From: Candidatus Poribacteria bacterium
Lineage (GTDB): Bacteria; Poribacteria; WGA-4E; WGA-3G
DNA: 64,000 bases
Assembly (NCBI GenBank): GCA_965242965.1
Contig: OZ251518.1
Coordinates: 1,760,001-1,824,000, forward strand
Reading direction: 5' to 3'
Shown: positions 28,486 to 38,159 of the stretch, one piece after another
Position numbering within the stretch: the stretch's first letter is position 1
Layout: each line of letters begins with the position of its first letter
Made by a program: the position numbers and the translations under genes
Notes under the pieces: generated by a model
The model's input: the letters and a program-made list of their open reading frames with translations, nothing else
Database searches by the model: none
Told to the model about the DNA's origin: nothing

Positions 28486-29136
28486 ATGGACGATAAAAAG
28501 CAGCACGCGTCCGAGAAACCAGAGAAAACCACTATCTCGCGGCGGAATTTCTTGAAAGGGGTAGGCACCGGCACCGTCGCCGCGGCTGTCGCCCCGACGG
28601 TTCTCATCGGCGCAGAGACAGCGGCGGAAGCGCAAGCCGGTGAAGCGATTACCAGCGCGACGATTCAACTTGACATCAACGCGAAGATGTATGAGGTAGA
28701 AGTTGAATCACGCACCACATTGTTGACAGTGTTGCGCGACAGTAGCGACACCCGTGGCAACCGCGTCGATCTGACCGGGGCGAAACTTATCTGTGACCGG
28801 GGCGAATGCGGCGGTTGCACGGTGATGGTGGACAACAAACCGGTTTACGCCTGCATGATGCTAGCGATTGACGCGCAAGGGAAGCAAATAACGACTGTCG
28901 AGGGGCTCGCCGATGGCGATACCCTGCATCCCGTGCAAGAGGCGTTCATCCAACACGACGCGATGATGTGCGGTTTCTGCACGCCCGGCTTTATCGTATC
29001 AGCGGCATCGCTGCTGAGCGAAAATAAGAAACCGACGCTGGAAGAGATTAAGGTAGGGTTGTCAGGCAACACCTGTCGCTGCGGGACTTATCCGTTCATC
29101 TTCGACGCGGTGGAAACGGCTGCCCGAAAGATGTAA
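28486..29136 (+). CDS. (2Fe-2S) subunit of a xanthine-dehydrogenase-family aldehyde oxidoreductase, Tat signal (PaoA/YagT-like)
   Basis: SRRNFLK Tat motif; CDRGECGGCTV; CGFCTPG; NTCRCG; AGGAGG RBS. Confidence 0.92.
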   Translation: MDDKKQHASEKPEKTTISRRNFLKGVGTGTVAAAVAPTVLIGAETAAEAQAGEAITSATIQLDINAKMYEVEVESRTTLLTVLRDSSDTRGNRVDLTGAKLICDRGECGGCTVMVDNKPVYACMMLAIDAQGKQITTVEGLADGDTLHPVQEAFIQHDAMMCGFCTPGFIVSAASLLSENKKPTLEEIKVGLSGNTCRCGTYPFIFDAVETAARKM

Positions 29137-29169
29137 CGCATCTTACCCGCTTAGGGAAGGAGGTTAACG

Positions 29170-31290
29170 ATGGCATCATGGGGAGAAGCAAGTGAATCTC
29201 GCCTCATCGGCAAGCGGATACCTCGTTTGTCCGGTAAGGATAAAGTTACAGGCAAAGCGAAGTATACCTTTGACATCAATCGGCCGGGGATGCTTTATGG
29301 ACGCATCTTGCGTTCCGAGGTCCCGCATGCTACCGTCAACGGCATCGATGTGAGTGCCGCCGCGGCACTGCCCGGTGTCCAAGCGGTAATTCCGTTGATT
29401 GAAGTCGGGAAGAAACTTCGCTATCAGGGACAGGAAATCGCCGCTGTTGCAGCGGAAACCGACGACATCGCGAAGGACGCGCTCCGTCTCATCGAAGTAG
29501 ACGTGGAGGAATTGCCCTTCGTCGTCACGGAAGCGGACGCGATGGAGGCAGGCGCGCCGCAAATCCGCGACGATTGGAACGGTAATCAGAGCAACCCGAA
29601 TATCCGCGAGGAAGGTGAACTTGAGGCAGGTTTCAAGGAAGCCGCCGTTGTGGTGGAAGCTACCTACCACGCGCCTGTCCAAACGCATGTCTGCTTAGAG
29701 ACGCATGGACATGTCACCGAATGGGAAGACGAACAGCACCTGACGGTGTGGGCATCAACGCAAGCGGTTTTCGGCACGCGTAACGATTTCGCACAGCACT
29801 TTGAGCTGCCCGCCAACCAAGTCCACGTCATCACCGAGCACATGGGCGGCGGCTTCGGCAGCAAATTCGGACCGGGGTTGGAAGGACACGCCGCGGCGGA
29901 ACTCTCACGTATCACCGGGAAAGCGGTAAAACTGATGCTGACGCGGAAAGATGAGCATCTCGTTGCGGGCAATCGGCCCTCAATGACACAGCACGTGCGC
30001 GCCGGTGCGACAAGCGATGGACGACTCATCGCCTACGATATGCGCGGTTACGGAACCGGCGGCATCTCTAGCGGCGCGGGGTTTCAAGCACCCTACGTGT
30101 ATCACGTCCCGAATTTCCGCACGGAAAAGGTGAACGTCGCTGTCAACGCCGGCAATCAACGCGCGATGCGCGCGCCAGGGCATCCGCAAGGCGCGTTCGC
30201 TATGGACTGCTTGATGGATGAACTCGCCGAGAAATTGGGGATGAATCCGTTGGAGTTCCGACGTATCAACGACACGAGTGAAATCCGCCAAGCGCAATAC
30301 ACGCTCGGTGCACAAGAGATTGGCTGGCATCGCCGGAATAGCGTGCCGGGCTCTGGTACCGACAGCAAGAAACGCGGCATGGGACTCGGCAGTGGACGCT
30401 GGGGCGGCGGCGGTGGACGCGGCACGGAAGCGCGCGTTACCATCAATGCCGATGGCACCGTGGAGGCAGTCACCGGCACACAGGATATCGGCACCGGCAT
30501 CCGAACGGCTATCGCGATTATTGTCGCAGAAGAGTTCGGACTGGCACCGACTGATATTATTGTCAAGGTTGGCGACAGCAGACCGGGGTTACCCTCCGGC
30601 GGTAGCGGCGGAAGTCAGACGACTGCATCGGTAGCACCGGTTATCAAGACTGCCGCAGCAGCGGCGAAGCAGAAACTGTTTGAACGCATCGCACCGCTGC
30701 TAGAAGCACCCGCAGAAGAACTGCGCGTCGGCACTGGCACCATCTACGTCGTCTCCGACCGGACGAAGACGCTCACCTGGGCACAAGCGACTGGACAACT
30801 TGGCATGGAGAGTATTAGCGAAGGCGGCCAGTGGGACGAAGAACTCCGCCAAGGTGGTGTCGCAGGCACGCAATTCGCGGAAGTGGAAGTGGATACGGAA
30901 ACGGGAGCCGTCAAGGTTATTAAAATTGTCGCCGTGCAAGATTGCGGTTTGGCCATCAACAGGCTGACGACAGAGAGTCAGATTAACGGCGGCGTGATTA
31001 TGGGGCTCGGGCAGACGCTGCTCGAAGAACGCTTCATGGACGCGCAAACCGGTAGGATGATGAACGCGAACCTTGAGGACTACAAAGTTCCCGGCACTTT
31101 TGAGATACCGGAGATTAAATCGATTGTTTTCGATACGCACCGGAAGGTGACAGGTATCGGCGAACCGCCGTGTATTCCTACGCTCGGTGCCATCGCCAAC
31201 GCGGTTTACAACGCCATCGGCGTGCGCATCCGCTCACTGCCGTTGACACCGGACAAGGTGCTCGCCGCGCTTGCTGAGCAGAAGGCATAA
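29170..31290 (+). CDS. Molybdopterin-binding subunit (PaoC/YagR-like)
   Basis: KVTGKAKYTFD, MGGGFGSK, AMRAPG, DIGTG, FAEVEVDTETG, GIGEPP. Confidence 0.92.
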   Translation: MASWGEASESRLIGKRIPRLSGKDKVTGKAKYTFDINRPGMLYGRILRSEVPHATVNGIDVSAAAALPGVQAVIPLIEVGKKLRYQGQEIAAVAAETDDIAKDALRLIEVDVEELPFVVTEADAMEAGAPQIRDDWNGNQSNPNIREEGELEAGFKEAAVVVEATYHAPVQTHVCLETHGHVTEWEDEQHLTVWASTQAVFGTRNDFAQHFELPANQVHVITEHMGGGFGSKFGPGLEGHAAAELSRITGKAVKLMLTRKDEHLVAGNRPSMTQHVRAGATSDGRLIAYDMRGYGTGGISSGAGFQAPYVYHVPNFRTEKVNVAVNAGNQRAMRAPGHPQGAFAMDCLMDELAEKLGMNPLEFRRINDTSEIRQAQYTLGAQEIGWHRRNSVPGSGTDSKKRGMGLGSGRWGGGGGRGTEARVTINADGTVEAVTGTQDIGTGIRTAIAIIVAEEFGLAPTDIIVKVGDSRPGLPSGGSGGSQTTASVAPVIKTAAAAAKQKLFERIAPLLEAPAEELRVGTGTIYVVSDRTKTLTWAQATGQLGMESISEGGQWDEELRQGGVAGTQFAEVEVDTETGAVKVIKIVAVQDCGLAINRLTTESQINGGVIMGLGQTLLEERFMDAQTGRMMNANLEDYKVPGTFEIPEIKSIVFDTHRKVTGIGEPPCIPTLGAIANAVYNAIGVRIRSLPLTPDKVLAALAEQKA

Positions 31291-31302
31291 AGGAGAGACG
31301 CA

Positions 31303-32286
31303 ATGGAAAAATTTAGTTACGTCAACGCGACGAGCCTTGAGCAGGTCACCTCTCTGCTGAACGCCAGCGGTTGGGGGGAGGTGATGCTAATCGCTGGCGG
31401 CACAGACCTGCTCGGCGAGCTCAAGGAGTATGTTGAAACCCCTAAGACGCTGGTGAACCTGAAGACGTTGCCGGGGATGGACACTATTTCAGCCGATGCT
31501 ACCGGCCTGAAAATCGGTGCGTTGGCCACCGTCGCCGATATCGCGGCGCACCCGACGATTCAGCATCACTACACCGTGCTGGCGCAGGCGGCGGCATCCG
31601 TCGCCACACCGCAGATTCGGAACGTCGGCACCCTCGGCGGCAACCTCTGTCAACGCCCGCGCTGCTGGTATTACCGCGACGAAACCGTTAACTGCCTCAA
31701 GAAGGGCGGCGAACTCTGCTATGCCGTTGAAGGGTTGAACAAATACCACGCCATTCTCGGCGGAGACCCGGTTTATATCGTGCATCCCTCTGACATCGCA
31801 CCGGCGTTAATCGCCTTGGGCGCGACGATGAACATTGTCGGCCCCGAAGGCGAGAAGACGATGGCGGTTGAGGAATTTTTCACGTTACCTGCAACGAATC
31901 CGTTCCGCGAGAACGTGCTTGAGCCTAACGAGCTCGTCGTTGAGGTGCAGGTGCCGCAGCCGAAATCGCACACGAAGAGCCTATATCTGAAAGCGCGCGA
32001 GAAAGGCGCGCCGGATTTCGCATTAGCGAGTGTCGCGGGCGTGTTTGAGATGTCAGGTAGCACCTGCAAAACTGCCAGCATCGTTCTTGGCGGTGTTGCG
32101 CCTGCGCCGTGGCGTTCCAAAGAGGCGGAAGCCGCGCTCACCGGCAAGCAGATTACCGAAGCCGTCAGCAAGCAGGCGGGGGCAGACGCAGTCAAGGACG
32201 CGCAACCGTTGAACGACAACGAATATAAGGTAGTGTTAACCCAGAATCTCATCAGTCGTGCCGCAATGATGGCGGCGGACGCATAG
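31303..32286 (+). CDS. FAD-binding subunit with 4Fe-4S insert (PaoB/YagS-like)
   Basis: IAGGTDL, QIRNVGTLGGNLCQRPRCWYYR..C.KKGG..C, HPSD, DFAL. Confidence 0.92.
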   Translation: MEKFSYVNATSLEQVTSLLNASGWGEVMLIAGGTDLLGELKEYVETPKTLVNLKTLPGMDTISADATGLKIGALATVADIAAHPTIQHHYTVLAQAAASVATPQIRNVGTLGGNLCQRPRCWYYRDETVNCLKKGGELCYAVEGLNKYHAILGGDPVYIVHPSDIAPALIALGATMNIVGPEGEKTMAVEEFFTLPATNPFRENVLEPNELVVEVQVPQPKSHTKSLYLKAREKGAPDFALASVAGVFEMSGSTCKTASIVLGGVAPAPWRSKEAEAALTGKQITEAVSKQAGADAVKDAQPLNDNEYKVVLTQNLISRAAMMAADA

Positions 32287-32295
32287 GAGGCAGCC

Positions 32296-32535
32296 ATGAC
32301 TCAAGCCAAACCTTTGCCCCTTTTCAGTCGCCCGATATGCCAGTATCTCCGGACGAAGGCGATTTACATTCCTGGGGGCAACTTACAGAATTTAGTGGAA
32401 ACGAATCCGGAATCGCACTATTGGTGCAATTGCACGATGCAGGTGGTCGGCCCGGATGACAGGTTTGTTGCGCCGGATGCTTGCAAGCAATCGCGCGCCT
32501 GTTTCACACCAGTCGGCGGAAAACCGGTTGTCTAG
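32296..32535 (+). CDS. Small Cys-rich hypothetical protein
   Basis: 79 aa, GGAGG RBS, 9 bp after the FAD subunit; CQYLRTK..YWCNCT..GPD..C...RACF. Confidence 0.8.
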   Translation: MTQAKPLPLFSRPICQYLRTKAIYIPGGNLQNLVETNPESHYWCNCTMQVVGPDDRFVAPDACKQSRACFTPVGGKPVV

Positions 32536-32564
32536 AAACCTATCCGCGGCACTGTGTTTTTTCA

Positions 32565-32745
32565 CCGTAGGGCGAGGGCCTGTCCCTCGCCACCTTCACA
32601 CTAGGCCAAATCGTAGGGCGAGGGCCTGTCCCTCGCCGTGCCTTCTTCTACGATTCTTTTCACCGTAGGGCGAGGGAAACCTGTCCCTCGCCATGTCCGC
32701 TGCGTATTTTTTTCACCGTAGGGCGAGGGCCTGTCCCTCGCCATT
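32565..32745. repeat. Four tandem GTAGGGCGAGGGCCTGTCCCTCGCC palindromes
   Basis: Direct reading. Confidence 0.85.
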
Positions 32746-32763
32746 TTCACCTCAACACAAAAG

Positions 32764-33219
32764 ATGCCCCTCCTAAAATCGTTGATACAATGGTTACACG
32801 TTGGTTCTGTCGTCCTGATGATAGGCGGGTTTTTCTTCTTTCGCGTCATCTTAATACCAATTGCGAACCGCTTGCCAGATCCGACAACATTCATCACTTC
32901 AGCACTGCGCCGTTTCAGCGGCATCGTCTGGTGCGCGCTGCTCACCGTCCTCATTTCAGGACTCTACAACTTCATCACCTTTTTCCTCGCAGCACGCGGC
33001 GTTGCGGCTGCAGAGATGCCCTATTTTTCGCTCTATATCCTCGTTATCGGCATCAAACTCTTCATCGTCTTTCTCATCTACACGCTTGCAATTATGCTGA
33101 CGTTCCCCTATCCCGTGTTTGGGATATTTCAGAAAAAGCCTGCGCCGTGGCTGAACCTCACCGTGATTCTAGGGTTAATTGTTATTTTTCTATCTGCCTT
33201 CTTGCGTCGCTTAGCGTGA
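32764..33219 (+). CDS. Four-TM membrane protein (CopD-like / unknown)
   Basis: WLHVGSVVLMIGG, RRFSGIVW, ISGLYN, GIKL. Confidence 0.7.
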   Translation: MPLLKSLIQWLHVGSVVLMIGGFFFFRVILIPIANRLPDPTTFITSALRRFSGIVWCALLTVLISGLYNFITFFLAARGVAAAEMPYFSLYILVIGIKLFIVFLIYTLAIMLTFPYPVFGIFQKKPAPWLNLTVILGLIVIFLSAFLRRLA

Positions 33220-33385
33220 AAACCCCCGATAGGCGCGGTTTGAAACCGCGTTACCTTCAGAATGTGCGGGCAAACCGTCCAGATACCCCCAGGCTCTGGC
33301 GAGCCTTCCCTACAGAGAGGAGTCTGTTCATAGTTTTCCCTGATGGTAAAAAACCAAATGCCCCTGGTCTGCCCTATTGTCCGAC

Positions 33386-33414
33386 TTGACATTTCGCGTG
33401 AGATAGGGTATAAT
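33386..33414 (+). promoter_or_regulatory. Consensus sigma70 promoter
   Basis: TTGACA-17-TATAAT. Confidence 0.8.
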
Positions 33415-33437
33415 GTTTATACGTTATTTCAGTTTTA

Positions 33438-33971
33438 TTGAAATTGAAGGAATTTCAGTTGAAAGAAGAACAAGAAAATCAAGAAGTGAACGCCGAACAA
33501 CACGGTGACAGGGTCTCCAATTTTCTGGGTGAGATTCCCGAGGCATGGCAACGCCGTGCGCGAGCCGCCTTTGGCTATACGTTTTGTGTGGTGATGCTCA
33601 TCGCTATTCCGTGTGTGATCGCTGCCGAGATTTTCCCGGCGGTGACGTGGTTATCCATCGTCTTGAGGGTGTTTGGGCAGATTGGGAGTCTCCTCTACCA
33701 CTATGGTGTGGGTTTAACGTTCGGTATTGCTGCGCCGTGTTTGGCGTGGGAGGGTATCATGTATTTACGAGAAAAGCGCCGCCGTGAAAAGGCGGAGGCA
33801 TTCGCGGCCGCTGTCAATGAGGAGCTCCAACGTGCCCGTGAGGAAGCGGAAGCTGTCGTAGCGCAACTCCAAGAACGGATTAACGTGTTGGAAACCGAAG
33901 TCACGCAACTGCGCAGCGAATTAAACGGATCGAATGCACGTTCGCAGTCATCCGACGATGCAGCGGATTAG
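33438..33971 (+). CDS. Membrane protein with C-terminal coiled coil (paralog 1; start uncertain)
   Basis: Hydrophobic segments then heptads; near-identical to 34118..34672. Confidence 0.75.
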   Translation: MKLKEFQLKEEQENQEVNAEQHGDRVSNFLGEIPEAWQRRARAAFGYTFCVVMLIAIPCVIAAEIFPAVTWLSIVLRVFGQIGSLLYHYGVGLTFGIAAPCLAWEGIMYLREKRRREKAEAFAAAVNEELQRAREEAEAVVAQLQERINVLETEVTQLRSELNGSNARSQSSDDAAD

Positions 33972-34044
33972 CACCGCCGCAAAACCAACCGGGGTGGGCG
34001 CGGTTTGAAACCGCGCCCACTGCACTTGAGAGACAAAATTGCAC

Positions 34045-34073
34045 GTGACATTTGTCATGAGATAGGGTATAAT
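34045..34073 (+). promoter_or_regulatory. Duplicated promoter
   Basis: GTGACA-17-TATAAT, sharing GAGATAGGGTATAAT with the 33386 promoter. Confidence 0.7.
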
Positions 34074-34117
34074 AATGGTTATAGACTGTCTCAGTTCGAT
34101 CGAAGGAATCTATCCAT

Positions 34118-34672
34118 TTGAAAGAAGAACAAGAACCTAAAGAAGAAAACGCTGAACACCGCAGTGGCAAGTCCCCCAATTTCCTAGGTGAGATTCCGGA
34201 GGCGTGGCAACGCCGTGCGCGCGCCGCCTTTGGCTATACGTTTTGTGTGGTGATGCTCATCGCTATTCCGTGCGTGATTGCTGCCCGGATTTTCCCGGCG
34301 GTGATATGGTTATCCATCGTCTTGGAAGTGCTTGGGCAAATTGGGAGTTTCCTCTACCACTATGGTGTCGGTTTAACGTTCGGGATTGCTGCGCCGTGTT
34401 TGGCGTGGGAGGGTATTATGTATTTACGAGAAAAACGCCGTCGCGAAAAGGCGGAGGCATTCGCGGCCGCTGTCAATGAGGAACTCCAACGTGCCCGTGA
34501 GGAAGCGGAAGCTGTCGTAGCACAACTCCAACGTGCGCGTGAGGAAGCAGAAGCTGTCAATGCGCAACTCCAAGAACGAGTGAACGCGTTGGAAACCGAA
34601 GTCACGCAACTGCGCAGCGAATTAAACGGATCGAATGCACGTTCGCAGTCATCCGACGATGCAGCGGATTAG
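34118..34672 (+). CDS. Membrane protein with C-terminal coiled coil (paralog 2)
   Basis: TTG start after AAGGA; extra 14-aa LQRAREEAEAVxAQ unit. Confidence 0.75.
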   Translation: MKEEQEPKEENAEHRSGKSPNFLGEIPEAWQRRARAAFGYTFCVVMLIAIPCVIAARIFPAVIWLSIVLEVLGQIGSFLYHYGVGLTFGIAAPCLAWEGIMYLREKRRREKAEAFAAAVNEELQRAREEAEAVVAQLQRAREEAEAVNAQLQERVNALETEVTQLRSELNGSNARSQSSDDAAD

Positions 34673-34739
34673 CACCGCCGCAAAACAACCGGGGGAGGCG
34701 CGGTTTCAAACCGCGCCTATTCTCATGAAAGCGCGCCTG

Positions 34740-35747
34740 CTAACCGCGCGTCACGCGCCCAAGCACCGGATACGCCGGATCGTTGTAACCTTTCCCCGTA
34801 TGCTCACCGGGCGGCACCAACGCATCGATTGCAGCCTCATCCGCTGCACTCAGCGTGCAATCCAGACAGCCGAGGTTATCCTCCAACTGCTCCATCGTCC
34901 GCGGCCCAATAATCGCCGAAGTGATAAGCGGATTCGCCAGCACCCATGCCAATGCAAATTGCGTGAGCGTTTTGTCGTGCGCGTCAGCCAACGGCTTCAG
35001 TTGCCGCGCAACTTCGTAACTCTCCTCGCGGAGTTCGGTTTGCAAAATGCGCCTATCTTTTCGCGCAGCCCGAGAACCCTTCGGCGGTTCTTGTCCGATA
35101 AGATACTTCCCCGACAGCACGCCGCGCGCTAACGGACTATAAGGCACAACCCCTACGCCATATTTTTCACAAAACGGCAGCAACTCCACCTCAGCATCGC
35201 GGTTGACGATGTTATAGAGGGGTTGAACGCACACAAATTCCTCCAAACCGAGTTTCTCGCTTGTCCACAACGCTTCGCAGACGCGCCACGCCTCAAAATT
35301 AGAGCAGGCGATATAGCGAACTTTCCCCAGCCGAACGCAATCGTCCAATGCCCGCAGCGATTCCGCAATGCGCGTCGATGCATCCCAACGATGCAGGTAA
35401 TACACGTCAATATAATCCGTGCCGAGACGCTTGAGGCTTGCCTCCACCGCCGACATGATATGCACCCGATGCGAGCCGCTTTGATTCACATCGTCTCCCA
35501 TCGAACCGTGGACTTTCGTGGCGATAACCCACTTCTCCCGGTTTGAACGAACCGCCTTTCCGATGACGCGTTCCGACTCACCGTCGTTATAGACGTTGGC
35601 GGTGTCCATGAAGTTAATGCCTGCGTCTAGCGCGCGGTGGATGATGCGGATAGAATCCTTCTCATTCGTCGGCCCGCCGAACATCATCGTGCCGAGGCAC
35701 AGCGGCGATACCTTCACGCCTGCGCGCCCGAGTGTTTTGTATTCCAT
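34740..35747 (-). CDS. Aldo/keto reductase
   Basis: LCLGTMMFG, DTANVY, IATK, YYLH, PYSPLARG, IIGPRT. Confidence 0.93.
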   Translation of the reverse strand: MEYKTLGRAGVKVSPLCLGTMMFGGPTNEKDSIRIIHRALDAGINFMDTANVYNDGESERVIGKAVRSNREKWVIATKVHGSMGDDVNQSGSHRVHIMSAVEASLKRLGTDYIDVYYLHRWDASTRIAESLRALDDCVRLGKVRYIACSNFEAWRVCEALWTSEKLGLEEFVCVQPLYNIVNRDAEVELLPFCEKYGVGVVPYSPLARGVLSGKYLIGQEPPKGSRAARKDRRILQTELREESYEVARQLKPLADAHDKTLTQFALAWVLANPLITSAIIGPRTMEQLEDNLGCLDCTLSAADEAAIDALVPPGEHTGKGYNDPAYPVLGRVTRG

Positions 35748-35799
35748 GATTAGACTCCTTTCTACGTTGGTCCCTGCGGAACATTTTCGTCACTTCGCA

Positions 35800-36531
35800 T
35801 TACGCCATTCGTATGCCACCGTTGACATCAAGCGTTGCCCCGGTAAGATAACGTCCCTCTTCCGAAGCAAGAAAGAGAATGGCACTCGCAATTTCCGAGG
35901 CATCGGCAACGCGGCCAAGCGGAATCTGGTCCGTCATATCCGGATGGTTTTTCGCCATCTCCGTCGCGGCGACACCCGGCGCGATGGAGTTCACCGTAAT
36001 CCCGTATTCGCCGAGCACCCGCGCCAACGATTTCGTTAAACACATCACTCCCGCTTTTGAAGCGGAATAAGGAGCAGACGCAACGATGCCGCCCACCTGT
36101 CCCGCTAACGAACCGAGATTGATAATCCTGCCAGCCCGCTGTGTTTTCATCGTCTCCATCACCGCTTGCGCGCAGAGGAAAGGGCCTTTGAGGTTGACAG
36201 CCATCATCCGGTCCCATTCTTCTTCGGTGCAAGCATCGATGCGCGTATAACTGAAAATACCGGCGTTGTTGACAAGGATATCGATGCGCCCAAATGCCTC
36301 AAGCGTCTGGCGCACCATCGCTCGCACTGATTCGCCGTTGGAGACATCCGTTTCAATGACTTTGCACTTCCTGCCGAGTGCCTGAATCTCGGCGGCGGCC
36401 GCTTCGGCGTTAGCGATATTCACTTCGGGGATGACAATATCCGCGCCTTCCCGTGCGAACGTGAGGCATGTCGCTTTTCCAATGCCTCCCCCGCCGCCTG
36501 TTACGATAGCTACCTGTCCTTCCAATCGCAT
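35800..36531 (-). CDS. SDR oxidoreductase (FabG-like)
   Basis: TGGGGGIG, NNAG, YSASK, NSIAPG, VNGG. Confidence 0.93.
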   Translation of the reverse strand: MRLEGQVAIVTGGGGGIGKATCLTFAREGADIVIPEVNIANAEAAAAEIQALGRKCKVIETDVSNGESVRAMVRQTLEAFGRIDILVNNAGIFSYTRIDACTEEEWDRMMAVNLKGPFLCAQAVMETMKTQRAGRIINLGSLAGQVGGIVASAPYSASKAGVMCLTKSLARVLGEYGITVNSIAPGVAATEMAKNHPDMTDQIPLGRVADASEIASAILFLASEEGRYLTGATLDVNGGIRMA

Positions 36532-36587
36532 ATCTGTTTCTCCTTTCAATCAGAACGGTTCAGTTCTCAATGGCAACGGTATTCTAC

Positions 36588-36856
36588 CGGTAGGAGGGAC
36601 ATCACGCCTTACATCATCGAGACCGGGAGGTCTCTCCTACCGGTAGGAGGGACATCCTTGTCCCGATAAACTGAAACCGGTAAGAGGAATATCCTTGTCC
36701 CGATATCCCTATCCCGGTAGGAGGGACATCCCTGTCCCGATACCTTCTTCGGTAGGAGGGACATCCTTGTCCCGATAGATTGAAAATTGAGACCGGGAAG
36801 TCTCTCCTACTGCGTCCCGATGGATTGAAAATCGAGGCCAGGAGGTCTCTCCTACT
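36588..36856. repeat. Tandem GTAGGAGGGACATCCTTGTCCCGAT palindromes plus GAGACC-family units
   Basis: About five copies of GTAGGAGGGACATC with TGTCCCGAT arms. Confidence 0.85.
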
Positions 36857-36987
36857 GCAGAAAATGAAATCGTCCTGCCTTTCAATTTTTTTTCTTGAAA
36901 AATTACGCTGAATTTGGTAACATATTAACTATTATGACACGAATTTTGTAAAAAGTCAAACACCTACTAAAAAGGAGATTGCGGATT

Positions 36988-37797
36988 ATGAAACATCCCG
37001 AATTTTCGCGCTGGCTGATACTCGCGCTGGTGTTCACGCTGGCGGGTCCCGTCGCAGCGCAAAACTATTATCCTGCCACTATCGGCAATACATGGATTTT
37101 AGAGAGTGACACCGGCGAAGACCGGCGCACTTACACCCTCGAGGGACCCGAAACCGTTGATGGCAAAGAACTTACCATCCTTAAAATCGAGACAGTGGGC
37201 CCAGACCTCGACACTCCCGACATCGACAGGTATTTTGTGAGTGTCGGCGACGAAGAAATCGGGTTGCACAAAACCATTTTGGACGAGGGCACCCTCGGCA
37301 TCATAACGGCTGTTTTGGAGCCGGCCGCCACTTTCTTCCGATTACGGTTAGAGGTAGGCGATACGTGGGAAATCTCAGCGGAACTCAAACTAGCTGTCCT
37401 AGGCAGAGAGATCGACTTGGAAAACGCCACCGACGTAGAAGTCGTTGCAATTGAGACGGTAGAAACGCCGGCAGGCACCTTTGAAAACTGCGCCAAGGTT
37501 AAATTGCAGCAGCGCGTCACATCCACGTTCCTGAATCTGGATTCGACCTCGTATCAATGGCTGGCACCCGATGTCGGGCCCGTCAAATATCTCAACAGCG
37601 ATGGGATTGACTATAACCTTGTCAGTTTCAAAATAGGACTGCCTTATGACGTAAACGGTGATGGCACTGTCAACGTCTTGGATCTGGTGTTCGTAGCCTC
37701 GCGCTTCGGGCAGACAGATGCGGCTGCAGACCTGAACGGCGACGGAGTGGTTAACATTCTGGATCTGACGCTCATCGCCGGGAATTTTGGGAATTAA
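36988..37797 (+). CDS. Secreted protein (NYYP/AGTF domain, DUF3108/TapB-like) with C-terminal dockerin-like domain
   Basis: Signal peptide; ETPAGTFENCAKV, WLAPDVGPVK; DVNGDGTVNVLDL and DLNGDGVVNILDL. Confidence 0.8.
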   Translation: MKHPEFSRWLILALVFTLAGPVAAQNYYPATIGNTWILESDTGEDRRTYTLEGPETVDGKELTILKIETVGPDLDTPDIDRYFVSVGDEEIGLHKTILDEGTLGIITAVLEPAATFFRLRLEVGDTWEISAELKLAVLGREIDLENATDVEVVAIETVETPAGTFENCAKVKLQQRVTSTFLNLDSTSYQWLAPDVGPVKYLNSDGIDYNLVSFKIGLPYDVNGDGTVNVLDLVFVASRFGQTDAAADLNGDGVVNILDLTLIAGNFGN

Positions 37798-37840
37798 CCT
37801 TGCCTATCCACACGCAATAGTGTAAAATAAAAAGGACACC

Positions 37841-38110
37841 ATGGTAACATGGAAATTGGCGTTAGCCGTTATCATCATCGCCATTCTGCTGATTCTCACC
37901 GGGATGTGGTTTGGATACCGCTACGTGAGACAGCAAGAGGACATCTCGCCGGAGGCGAGAACGTTCAGTTTACCCGTAATTGCGGGACATATTCGTCCCA
38001 GTTGGGACGCTAACGTCGGGAGAGGTTTGATACCGAGCCCGACATCAATTTCATGGAACGGAAGCAGAACAAGCCCTGTAAGCGCGGTTGCAAACCGCAC
38101 CTACCGGTAG
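37841..38110 (+). CDS. Small single-TM hypothetical protein
   Basis: AAGGA RBS, upstream TTGCCT-17-TAAAAT, N-terminal TM. Confidence 0.55.
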   Translation: MVTWKLALAVIIIAILLILTGMWFGYRYVRQQEDISPEARTFSLPVIAGHIRPSWDANVGRGLIPSPTSISWNGSRTSPVSAVANRTYR

Positions 38111-38159
38111 GGTTTCTGGCATTTGCGTCCGTTCTATTCCAAAAAAGGAGATTTAACTG

